A stretch of 64,000 bases of DNA from Macrostomum hystrix (Eukaryota > Animalia > Platyhelminthes), in assembly GCA_950097015.1 (NCBI GenBank), contig CATNEN010000011.1:4402001-4466000 (forward strand). The letters run 5' to 3'. The position numbers and the translations under genes are program-made. Numbering within the stretch: position 1 is the stretch's first letter; the number at the start of each line of letters is the position of its first letter. The notes under the pieces were generated by a model that saw only the letters and a program-made list of their open reading frames with translations, was not told the DNA's origin and did not search any database. This document shows, one piece after another, positions 10,966 to 21,990 of the stretch.

Positions 10966-11740
10966 TATGGGAAACTTTCAAAGTACATTCAAGTAGTCTT
11001 GAGATGCCAACATTGGAAACTTTCAAAGTGCATCCAAGTAGAAATGAAAGGGTCCAACATTGAAAACTTTCAAAGTACATTCAAGTGAGATGCCAACATT
11101 GGAAACTTTCAAAGTACGTTCAAGTAGGCTTGAGATGCCAAAATTGGAAACTTTCAAAGTACATCCAAGTAGAAAAAAGGGTCCAACATTGAAAACTTTT
11201 AAAGTACATTCAAGTAGTCTTGAGATGCCAACATTGGAAACTTTCAAAGTGCACCCAAGTAGAAAAAAAGGGTCCAACATTGAAAACTTTCAAAGTACAT
11301 TCAAGTGAGATGCCAACATTGGAAACTTTCAAAGTACATCCAAGTAGAAATGAAAGGGTCCAACATTGAAAACTTTCAAAGTACATTCAAGTGAGATGCC
11401 AACATTGGAAACTTTCAAAGTACATTCAAGTGAGATGCCAACATTGGAAACTTTCAAAGTACGTTCAAGTAGGCTTGAGATGCCAACATTGGAAACTTTC
11501 AAAGTACATCCAAGTAAACATTAAAGGGTCCAACATTGAAAACTTTCAAAGCACATTCAAATAGTCTTGAGATGCCAACATTGGAAACTTTCAAAGTGCA
11601 TCCAAGTAGAAATGAAAGGGTCCAACATTGAAAACTTTTAAAGTACATTCAAGTAGTCTTGAGATGCCAACATTGGAAACTTTCAAAGTGCATCCAAGTA
11701 GACATTAAAGGGTCCAACATTGAAAACTTTTAAAGTACAG
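10966..11740. repeat. Minisatellite, about 18 units of 39-47 bp with core CCAACATTG(G/A)AAACTTT(C/T)AAAGT
   Basis: Recurring unit variants (GAGATGCC-type and AAAGGGTCC-type). Each unit contains the interrupted palindrome ACTTT-N-AAAGT. Confidence 0.95.
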
Positions 11741-11799
11741 AAATATTTACATGACACAACCACAAATAACATTTGACATTTTTATATGTATAGCCATAC

Positions 11800-11995
11800 A
11801 CGACAAACTTGCCAAGTACTTGCAAAGTATTAGGCATTATGAATCATTGAATACTTTTCAAGTCGACTAAAGTATATTCATTCATGAGAAACTTTCAAAG
11901 TACTTTATATATAGACAGTTTAAACTTTTAAAGTCAATTCATGTACGAAGTACCATTGCTGACTTGGAAAGTTTACAATGTTTTTTTTTCCCGGG
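11800..11995. mobile_element. Right terminus of an EnSpm/CMC-like element (element D) with ACTT-N3-AAGT subterminal repeats
   Basis: Ends TTTTTTTTTCCCGGG, like the ends at 44280 and 56622. Preceded by ACTTGCCAAGT, ACTTGCAAAGT, ACTTTTCAAGT, ACTTTCAAAGT, ACTTGGAAAGT. Partner end not in window. Confidence 0.7.
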
Positions 11996-12044
11996 AAGTA
12001 CATTTTTCACAGTATCTGAAAATATTAATAAATATTTGGCCCAA

Positions 12045-12320
12045 CTAACGTTTAGAAGCGCACATACAAAAAGACACAAATAGAAATGCCACGCCTTGCA
12101 AGCCATTGGTCAGCTTGAGGATGCTTTTTCGCTGCAGTCCAGTCAAGTCTGAACCTTGAATTGACTTGGGTAGCAATCCTGACGTTGATGGTAAAGTTGT
12201 GTAGGATGCGTCTTCCTTAAAGTAGATGAGACACAAAGGACACTCTACTGTTAGGAGCCTCGAAATTGTGCACCTGGCTTGAAGGACGACACAAACGCTT
12301 TGGTGCAGGGCTGGAGTCCA
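12045..12320 (-). pseudogene. Truncated N-terminus of a BEN-type accessory gene
   Basis: MDSSPAPKRL..RVSFV/LIYFKEDASY..DLTGLQRKSILKLTNGLQG aligns with 1908-2957 (YVIVYFKEEEQF..DLTKLEKKTILKLKNGIQG). One-base frameshift near 12235; cut off next to the 11995 terminus. Confidence 0.75.
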
Positions 12321-13666
12321 TTGTGGCTCTTTTCATTATAGGATCAAGACTGAAATTATGTAATGAATCACTTATATGTAAATTGAAATTAAAAGTATGC
12401 ATTACCCTTTTCCAGAATTTTTATATAAAAAATAATATATTTGCAAAATGGAACCAACATTTAGGACTCCCAAAAAATCATTTTTTAATTAAATAAGTAA
12501 AATATTTTTTTAATGTTTGTCATGACCTAACAACTTTGTTTAGGAATTATTTAGAGTGTCATGAGTTATGATTACCATTAAATTTATAGTTAAATTATGA
12601 TTACCATTAGATTACCAAAAAATAGCACTTGGCACAACTACAACTACTCTTAAAAGACTGCAAAAATATAATAACAACCATGGAATCACAATTTGTAATA
12701 CTTATTTACTATAAAAGAGCCTCATATAGTCAAGCAACACTTTCTGTGTATCATAGACAGACAATCTTATCATAACAGGATCCAACAGGCTAAAGGGGCT
12801 ACCTGATTTCAATCTGAATTATACTAATTGCCTTCTCATTTAGATAAATTCATTTCCCACATACCACTGAAGGTCCCTATAACCTACTGCTAAGTCAAGT
12901 AAGTCAAGAGAATGTTGGTTTCTGAATTGTGATTCTGAGAACTTAGGAGTAATTTTCTTAGACTAAATAGGGGGGAATTCTATGGGATAGGGTGGATATA
13001 GAAAGGAGACTACAAAAGAATGGATAGGCTGTTAAAGATATTTGAGTTATTGCCTAATTTCAATAATTCAATTCACTGGGTTTCAAAAATATGGAGTCAA
13101 TATGAATATGTCTATGGAAATAGATATAAAGTATACACATATTGAAATTATAATTTATTTAGGCAGCTAGTTAGCCTATCTGGTGGTATATTATAGTGTA
13201 AAAGAGATTGCCCTATTGAAAATATTTATTACAACATAATATTTTATTTTTCATAAATCTGATTTCTTTTTTTATGGGCCAAGCATTTTGGCTAGCCTAG
13301 AATTCCTATGCTTAATTATGTATTTTTCTTTTTTTAATATATCTAATTGAAGATTAGAAAGTATATTATTTTATTACAATAACTGCTTTGAAAAAGAACA
13401 ATCTCCTTAAATAGCTAGAAAAGAGCCACATACTTTTGATATCTACTGTAAGGAACAAAAATAAGTTGTAATAACTAAGTGCAATTTTTAAAACAACCAG
13501 TTAAGCAAATTTGTCCAATCATTTTTAAACACAATGCATATAAAAAGGATTGACATTTTTGTCTACTGATTTTGTAGACCTAATGCAAAAGGTGATTATA
13601 AAAAATATAAAATAACCATTCACAACCTATGCATATAGTACAATTTATAACTTTATGTAACGAAAC

Positions 13667-15810
13667 TTACCATGTTGTATGCAAAATGGAACAAGCATAA
13701 ACATTACTACTATTGGTGCCATAAACATTACATGGGATGGCAAATAGTTTAGATTTAACTTCGCTGGCTGGACATATCTTTAATGGCTTCTGCAGATTGC
13801 TTAGTTTGTAAACACCAACATTAGAAGAATTGAAAGGAAGACTAAAGTAGTTCTCACAGATAGAAAACTGACGATGTACAAGCAATGTTGTGTGATTAGT
13901 AGGATGATAAAGTATATTGAACAGCTTGCATGCCTTGATCGGAGCCTGACTCACATTGTCAGTAATTATAAAAAATGCATCTCGTTGCTTCAGAGTCAGC
14001 TTCATATCTTTGCTTACATGAACACACTTATATTGAACATACTGATTGCAGTAGTTAGGTAGCTCAGTTAAGTTAGAAAAGTGCTGCCCAGTCACACAAG
14101 GGAATGTGCTATCATCTAAAATATGATGCCCAAGGTACTGGTTGCTTTCTGCAACTCTGTTAGCTAGCTGTTCCAGAGGCAAGTATGGTGATCGAATTGT
14201 TCTTTTGATGTATCGATTGAAATTTTCAAAAATAAAAGATGAAAACTGTTCAATATGACCATGTCTTATATAGTCCTCCAAGAGATGCTGTAAACCATGA
14301 ACAACTGGACTGAAAAAACTGGATCCAAGAACATATTAATGGATACAAAAAAGCATCCAGAACTCTCTCAGCCAGTAGTGGCTGATTTTGTGACCAGTTT
14401 TTCTGAGTTTAACAGTCGTGCTGCTAGGTGTAGACACAGGAGTAAATCCATGAACCTTTGGTCCTTGACAAATTTAGGCAATACCAGTGGGATCAGATAG
14501 GTAATGAAAAGACGGATTTCAGTTGCTTTCCAGAGCCGAATATGATTAAAAGCTCTAGGTTTTCTTTGAAAATCAGATGGAACATATGGCCCAATTCTGT
14601 CCAAAAGGCAACTTAACTCTCGCTGGCAATTGAGATTAAGCCTTAACTGTAGAGGACCACTTTGTAGAATAACCAGAAGTTGAAGACCTACACCCTTGTA
14701 AAAAATATGCAATGAATCCATTGGAAATGCATCAACCATATCAATTGTTGTTTCTTCAAAAGCGGATGGTTCACGATGATGATGCTCTTCTTGAATATGG
14801 TTGTGAAACGAATTGTCTGTTCTACTCTCTGCCTTTAAATCAGGGAAAACAACACTTCTGGATTCTTGACTATATTGTCCTCGTGTTACACATCTGTCAC
14901 AAGAAAAATATCCAGTACATCCTGCTGTGTATTTGACAAACTTTTTGGCTGACAGGTCACAAAAAATCCATTTAAGTGAAACGGTATAGTTGCTTTTGTC
15001 TACATTAATAGTAGGATTTTGACTAAGTTGTTGCAGTTCATATACCAGATCTTTTAAAAATTGGCTTGACGAAGTGGGTTTATTACTGCCATAATAAACT
15101 CCAATTACAAAGACAGAACTTAAAATCTCAGAAATAGAACCAAGAATAACCCAGAAACTAGTAACAGAACTCTTAAAGAGAGGCACACCATCAATGTTAA
15201 TGACAAGAGACAATACTTCACTTTTAAGCTTAGTTGCAGCAATGCTTAAAATGTAGTTCAGTCCAGATAGCACACCAAAGTGACAATACTTTCCAGGTGC
15301 AAGATCAACAACCTGAAATTTGTCATTCTTCTTTTTACATTGAAACAATGTTCTAGCATCAGCAGGCAGTTCAGGAATCACAGTTTTTAAAATGTGCAAT
15401 AACTCTGTTATACCAACTGTAGAAACATTAAGCTTGCAAGCCCAATCTTTCAAGTCCTTTGGAACATTAGCAACAGCAGCACTTCTAATATCATTTTCTG
15501 ATACACTTGCACTAGACCCAGACTCAGATGACACAATGACAGAACCATCACATGTAGCTTCACTATATTGTTGTTGCTCTAGAACTTCATGCTCCTGTTC
15601 TTGCTGCTCTAGAATTTGGTTATCTTGCTCTTGCTGATCCAGAATTTCCAAATCTTGCTCATCAGGTTGGTTAAATAATTCAACTGAACCTTCATTGTCA
15701 TTTCCAACACTTATACTACTTGAAGAAGAACTGTCAGATTCAGCCAATAGAAACCTATTTATTTGACGAGATTCCCAACGTTTATTGCTCATTAATAATA
15801 AAAAAGTCAT
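13667..15810 (-). pseudogene. EnSpm/CMC-like DDE transposase, disrupted (element 1)
   Basis: INIDGVPLFKSS, IFCDLSAKK, CDRC, MDSLH, WKATE, FIFEN motifs. Reconnecting the two ORFs across 14282-14380 needs two frameshifts and passes one stop. Confidence 0.88.
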
Positions 15811-16019
15811 TGTAAATGTTTGTACTTCGTATATTTATAATGCTTTAATCTGAAATAAAAAAATACATTTTGTCTGATCTCTGTGCATGATGGTAGGGTT
15901 ATACAAATCATTTGTATAAATACATGAATTAATTTGTAATATTCCTTGAATATAGCTAGAGCACATGAAACAAATTATGCCAACCCTATTGCAATAAGTT
16001 CCAAAAACCCAAGGACGTG

Positions 16020-16138
16020 CACCACAGGTTCAAAAAAATCATGTCAAAAGTGCTTCGATCACACGCCACAGAAAAATCTCAATTTCTCCACAGAAAGTTA
16101 ACACACAAAAATTACAAAAAAGGGTTTCCATTACTGTG
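16020..16138. mobile_element. Probable 5' terminus (CACAG type) of element 1
   Basis: Ends ...TTTCCATTACTGTG (reverse complement CACAGTAATGG) about 330 bp upstream of the transposase, with repeated CCACAG(AAA) motifs. Partner end not found. Confidence 0.5.
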
Positions 16139-17296
16139 ACATTGTTGATTTTAGCAGCGTCACTGGCTGTTTCCCCAAATGACTGTTTTTGAATGCCTGT
16201 CTTCTCTCTCCCTGCAGAATGCCTGAGTGTCTATTTTTAGCTCTCCCTCTCTCTCTCCCTTTGTCATTGATTGTCTCTCTTGCTGCTCTGTAGGGCAGTC
16301 TATATTTAAGTCTATATCAGTTGTTTATGGCACAAAAAGTGTTCTGATATTGTTTGGATTTCTTGCAGCTTGATGATTTAAACATGTGTTCAACATTCAG
16401 AGTAAATATGACCTAAGAAGGGTTTATGACAAATAATTTAATAATACCCAGTGAACAGCTTGATCTCGATTCGACATCGAATCGTTATCTCGATTCGACA
16501 TCGCAGGAGTTTCCGGTACTTCGACATCGATTGGTGATAAAAATTCGAGGTGGAATCGATATCGATTTCAGCTCGATTCGATGTGGATTCGCGGTGGATT
16601 TAATGTTTCTGTAATATCTTACAGATTATTGCACGTTGAAGTGACACTGCTTTTCGCAGCAGATCATACGGAAATGACCATTGCTAAGCATACATTTTAG
16701 CCAATTGCCCCAACTTGGAAACAATGCACCCAGCTCAGTCACTCGGCTAAAATCAAAATAAGTAAGTGACAAAATTCATGGCATGGTTCATGACAAAATT
16801 CATACTTAACCTCACAGAAAATTAGGTAAAGGCCTCACACAAACTTATATTTACAGCTTGCATCGTATTTTGCATGATCGCGACAGAAAGCGTGAATCGA
16901 AATACTGAACCCCCTTTTAATTTTCCAAAACTATTGAAATTAATTATTTGAAAACCGTATGTCCAGAAGTATATCCCTATTTAGTCCTTAAATTTTACAT
17001 TACAGCGTCAGCGCTTGCAAGCAATCCAAAGTCCAAACAGCAAGCTTAAATGTTTGGACCAATTTGACTGAATTGCTTAATTTAGTTGCAGTGTTAGGAG
17101 TATGATGTCAACAAGAATTTAAGCATGTTAAGGCGCGGTGCCAGAGAAGAACTGGACTGGGAAAACCAATATGGGAACCGAAAGGCACATCCCAACGGAA
17201 TATAATTCTACATTACATATGGTATTGAACACAAAGATCTTAGATTCTTAGCATGACCAAATATATATAAAAAATAGCGGAGCAGTCTGCAACGGC

Positions 17297-19269
17297 CTAA
17301 TTCAGTCTCGGGCGCTTCCTCGACCCAACGTCCTGAAGAAAGCGGCCAATGCGGTTTTCTATCTCGGTGTACGATACTGAGTCGTTGGACATGGCATCTG
17401 GAAGGATCACAAAGTTAGAGTATAAAACACAAATTTTTCTATTAAAGAAACATTAATTCTTTAGTAGCTGCTTCTTTAGATTCTATATGTGAACTGCATA
17501 AAATGCTTAATATGTGAAAAGCTTGAGCTCTTTGTACTTTGCATCAGAATAACGTTTACTAGTAATTAACACTTACCAATGATTAGAGGCGCCACACATT
17601 CGTTAAAGCTTATTTTGTCCAACGGGCGACCGCTTTTTTTGTAGTCACGGCCTGTTCGGTTGAACTCCGATTGGAAGTCCAAATCTATTAGCGCAGAGAC
17701 CATTCGAGTGACCTTCTTGTCAGCGGTATTACCACCAATGCGTCGCAGGTGGCTGACCTGGTAAACAAAAATGTGGCACAAAGTAGGAGGCGTTAAAAAC
17801 CAAATTACTGTGCGAGGATCAACAAAATTACCAATCAGATGTGCTCAAAACTTGTGGCACACACTGTACTATGAAATCATACTTGCTTTCATACTAAAAT
17901 TATTTGCTTACTTTTCACTCGAGTCATTTGTAAGGGGGGAAATTAGATAATTCAAAAGTTTCGCAGCGCAAAATATACAGAGCTCAATTGACTTCCATAT
18001 GAATCCAAATTGACTTACAAGAGCAGTTCGGAAGTCGTTATTCTCAATACGCTGTCGGAATTCATCGTAGCCAGTCTTGTCACGCAGAGGAAGATTGAAC
18101 TGTCGCAAAACCTCATCAGGAATAGTCGTGACATGGCCCGAGCATGTCACCAGCTGTTTGAGCTTAGCAACTTCTGTGATGAGGATCAAAAGCAATTCGG
18201 TGTGGCCTTGCGGCGAGTAGGGATCGATACCTCGCTCTTCCATGGCGGCAATGTACTGGCCTAAATCGCGCTGATAACGGCCGTTAATCCCACGAGAGTG
18301 AATTGATTGAGATTCAGCACTTGGATGTTCGTCGAGACCAGTATAGTGCGTATCGTCCGGAAAAGAGTTGCAAGCCCCATTGCTTCGATGTGATAGACCA
18401 CCTGCTGGAATTTGTGCATTCGCTCTCGAAGACGCAGATAGTGCCGGTGAGAGCCCACGGGCCCTCGAAGACGCAGATGCTGCCAGTGAAAGCCCAGGGG
18501 CCCTCCACGATGCAGATAGTGCCGGTGAGAGCCCAGGTGCCCTCGAAGATGCAGATAGTGCCGGTGACGGTGAGAGCCCAGGTGCCCTCGAAGATGCAGA
18601 TAGTGCCGGTGAGAGCCCAGGTGCCCTCGAAGATGCAGATAGTGCCGGTGACGGTGAGAGCCCAGGTGCCCTCGAAGATGCAGATAGTGCCGGTGAGAGC
18701 CCAGGTGCCCTCGAAGATGCAGATAGTGCCGGTGAGAGCCCACGTGCCCTCGAAGATGCAGATAGTGCCGGTGAGAGCCCGACTGGAGGACCAGCGAGTC
18801 TAGGTGGCGAGTCCCGTGCTGCTTCACCAAATGTAGCACTTGTAGCCTCTTTGTCTCCATCATCGCTCTCGACATGCGATTCGAGATCTGTCGTCTCCAT
18901 ATCGGCAGCAGAAAAATAGGCCGTCTCGGGCGGCAGTTGCACCCTCCTGGTCGCCGATGCGAACTTGCACAATTTATTTAGGATTTCCTGAATAGGTACT
19001 TTACGTCTCTTGACTCTCTTGCAATGTTCCAGGCTTGCCTCCAAAAGCGCCTCAGCATTGGCTAGTTGAACAACTATAGCCCGGATAGTGTTGCCGTCCC
19101 ATTCAGTGTCCAGAACAATGCGAGACTTGGGATTTGATAAAAGTAGATCATAGTGAGAGCGATTCCAATCGGTATCGTCCAAACTATAGATGCTAAATGG
19201 ACAAAATTGTGAACCGTTGTCTCGGGGGAAGTACAAGAGTGCAAATTGAATTTCTTCGAAGTTCAGCAT
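17297..19269 (-). CDS. Spliced accessory gene of element 2 with a DUF4806-like C-terminal domain
   Basis: Predicted exons 19269-18019, 17757-17577, 17397-17297 with GT-AG introns and consistent phases. LRRIGGNTADKKVTRMVSALIDLDFQSEFNRTG..KISF motif is homologous to 38074-38280. Confidence 0.8.
18425..18780 (-). repeat. In-frame 39/45-bp minisatellite (about 9 units) encoding GLSP(SP)ALSASSRAP
   Basis: Directly visible in DNA and translation. Confidence 0.95.
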
Positions 19270-20010
19270 TCCTGAAAGGGGAATAAAGAAATAAGTGTAA
19301 AGAAACGTATTTCACAATCTTCTTAAAGTCTATGACATTGGCATATGCCTCAGGGGCGGATACAGGGGGGGGGCACGTCGCATTGACGCCCCTTAGCTGT
19401 GCGCCCCTTCAGTTTTTCCTCAGTTCTTCTTACCAGGGACTCGGGCAGGTAGAGCGGGGAACAGGACGCTGGCTAAAATAAAATTAGGATCCCGATGCGA
19501 AATCTCAAACCAATATACATCTTTTAGCAACTGTTTGTCATAGCTATAAGCAAAGTATTGAATATTGACCAAACAATGGAGTCATGGACAGATTCAAGAC
19601 GCGTTTTTGCTTTATTACGCTCGTACATAAAGAAATATACATTAATAGCAAAAAAGTATTATCTAAATAAGAACCTTCACGAACACAACATGAACATCAT
19701 ACACATGCACAATATTAGCAGAGAAAGTGTAAAATTATAATTCAATTTCAATTAAATACACGAGACTAAAATTCAGTCACAAGGCCAAACACGTCCATGG
19801 CATTAAATGGCCAAACAAGTCCATTAAGTTTAGAAAAAATTATAGGTTCGTAATTTACTGAAATTATTTGATTGTTAAAAACACATTTGAAATGAATTTA
19901 CTCTTGTCTTTCACACAGGGTGGTAAGTGCATCTATTAACATTTTTGCTTCCATCTTGGTAGACTTTACTCAGCCATGGACAAAAGTACACTGTCACTGT
20001 TTGGCCATTG

Positions 20011-21990
20011 TTAAAACCAATCAGAGTTAGCATATGGGATTACACAAAATTCATTGAGTGGACCATTGGGACAAGGAAGAAGAATACATTTAGCAATTGG
20101 CATTAATCTTGAAGCACGCTTGGATGTTAATTTGTAAATGCCAATACCAATATATGATGACTTGTATGGATGTGAATATAAATCAGCACAAAACTGCAAA
20201 ATTTGACCAGATATTAATTGCACACCATTACTGCATTCAACAGATGTGATCTTAACAACACGATTATTGCATACAAAGCAGCAGTTATCGGGACACTCAG
20301 AAGAAAAAAGCAAAGCATGGTTTCGTGGTGAAAGAAACACTTCACGGATTACAGACATGGTATTAAGAACATGCTTATAAACATTTTTAGTGCATTTAAT
20401 TCGCCTCTTTAAAATACCATTATAATTCTCAAATGGAAATGCAGACCAGCAGTCTAGAGGACCATGCTTCTGAACGAACTCTGGTATATGTGCTAGCATA
20501 TGCATATTAAAAGACTGCAACTTACCTTGATACAGATTTTGAGCATCATGGCAAAAAACTTCCATAGAGGACTTTGCTTGTTCAAACAAAAGAGATGAGA
20601 ACTTGACAGATACAAAACAGTATGTTGAAAAGTGCAATAGCAACAGATGTTGATAAAAATCTGGGGGCAAGAATTCCTTGAATAAAACAGGGGCAAGATA
20701 AACAACCAGTGTTCGAAATTCCACTGCTTTAAAATGTTCAAACTCCTTAAGAATTCGCAATTTGCGTCCAAACTCAAATGGCAAAAATTTACAATACACC
20801 AAAATCTTCTCAGACAGTTGGCTCTTTTGAGAGTCAGAGAGCTTGCAAGGCAGCCTAACACCTTTAACATTAGTAAAAAAATATGTACACATGCGCCGGA
20901 CAGCACCAAGACAAAGAGAGTGCATATAGTCAGGTGGAAAATCATCAACAAAATGAACTAGTCCCAGTAATGGTGACATACCATTCTGGTTCTTTTCTTG
21001 CATAGAACAATACATGACATTAGAACGTTGCTTAAAAATTCCATATGGGAAGCACATCCGTCCATCAATTTTCTTTCCTTCAACCTGACAATAAGGACAT
21101 GCCTTTTTTGCAGAATGGCCAAGTACGCACATTATAAATGATCTAGCAGGAGAATCAGCAATGACAATAACACGGCTAATCTTGAAGAACTTGTTACCAA
21201 TCTTTGTATAAGATTCTTTCAGAGAACGTAGTTCTGTGACAAAGTTAGACAAAAAGCAACTAAGTGATGGATGGCCAATGCCACAAAAAACAGCAATAGG
21301 AAGAGGAATTGGATATTTGCAACCAGAAATCAACAGCAGAATAGGCCATAGTCCAAGGTTAGAACTAGAAAATAATGGAACACCATCAAAGTTGACAAAA
21401 ATAGTTAAATCATTATATAGATCATTCAAAACAAGAAGTTCATGATCAATACAGAAAGAGATGTTCTTGAGCAAGCCACAATAAGCAAATTGACCATGTG
21501 CAATTGGAACATCAACAAATACATTGGTAAGCTTTGCCTTTAGAGTAGTAACTGAAAGAGGGACATTGAAACCTCGCTTTGACCACATTTTTAGCAAACA
21601 ATTCATTGCACGGCTTGAAACAGAAAAACTGACCATAAAAAGTAAAAGCTCATCAATCAAAGAAAGTGAAGCTTCATCTGTGGCATCTTCATCCAAGTCT
21701 TGTTGTTGTTGGGCTGTCCAATCAGCCTCAAACCCAACATCTTCAAGTTCATCCCCTGTCAGAATGGTCATTTGGCTTCCAGTAGCACTGCTTAAACAAT
21801 TAGGACCATCATCCAGTTGACCTGGACCAGAAAGTGATTCTTCTTGGTAGAGAGACAAGCCATGCTGTAAACTTTGTAGTACAGCCTGCTTAATACACTT
21901 GTTTGCATTTTGCCGAGTTGTCATAGCATCATCCTGCCATTTGTAGCTGTAATTAAAAAAAGTAAAAAGAAGTTCCTTAATTATTTTCAT
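20011..21990 (-). CDS. EnSpm/CMC-like DDE transposase, intact ORF (element 2)
   Basis: VNFDGVPLF, IADSPAR, CPYC, PDYMH, FKAVE, AFPFEN motifs with no disruption. True start may be MTTRQN after a splice acceptor near 21946. Confidence 0.92.
   Translation of the reverse strand: MKIIKELLFTFFNYSYKWQDDAMTTRQNANKCIKQAVLQSLQHGLSLYQEESLSGPGQLDDGPNCLSSATGSQMTILTGDELEDVGFEADWTAQQQQDLDEDATDEASLSLIDELLLFMVSFSVSSRAMNCLLKMWSKRGFNVPLSVTTLKAKLTNVFVDVPIAHGQFAYCGLLKNISFCIDHELLVLNDLYNDLTIFVNFDGVPLFSSSNLGLWPILLLISGCKYPIPLPIAVFCGIGHPSLSCFLSNFVTELRSLKESYTKIGNKFFKISRVIVIADSPARSFIMCVLGHSAKKACPYCQVEGKKIDGRMCFPYGIFKQRSNVMYCSMQEKNQNGMSPLLGLVHFVDDFPPDYMHSLCLGAVRRMCTYFFTNVKGVRLPCKLSDSQKSQLSEKILVYCKFLPFEFGRKLRILKEFEHFKAVEFRTLVVYLAPVLFKEFLPPDFYQHLLLLHFSTYCFVSVKFSSLLFEQAKSSMEVFCHDAQNLYQGKLQSFNMHMLAHIPEFVQKHGPLDCWSAFPFENYNGILKRRIKCTKNVYKHVLNTMSVIREVFLSPRNHALLFSSECPDNCCFVCNNRVVKITSVECSNGVQLISGQILQFCADLYSHPYKSSYIGIGIYKLTSKRASRLMPIAKCILLPCPNGPLNEFCVIPYANSDWF

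Noticed and set aside
11023-11308. ORFs in the minisatellite
   Set aside because: Translations of tandem repeats with no evidence of coding.
10966-11740. CRISPR-like array
   Set aside because: The sequences between conserved cores are a few recurring variants, not unique spacers. The context is eukaryotic and there are no cas genes.
12008-12014. CACAGTA as the left TIR of element 1
   Set aside because: The match to the 16138 end is only 7 bp, there are no subterminal repeats, and it falls inside a truncated gene.
19351-19373. hAT-type end CAGGGGCGGATACAGGGGGGG
   Set aside because: No partner TIR or TSD found. At most an orphan fragment, so not called as an element.
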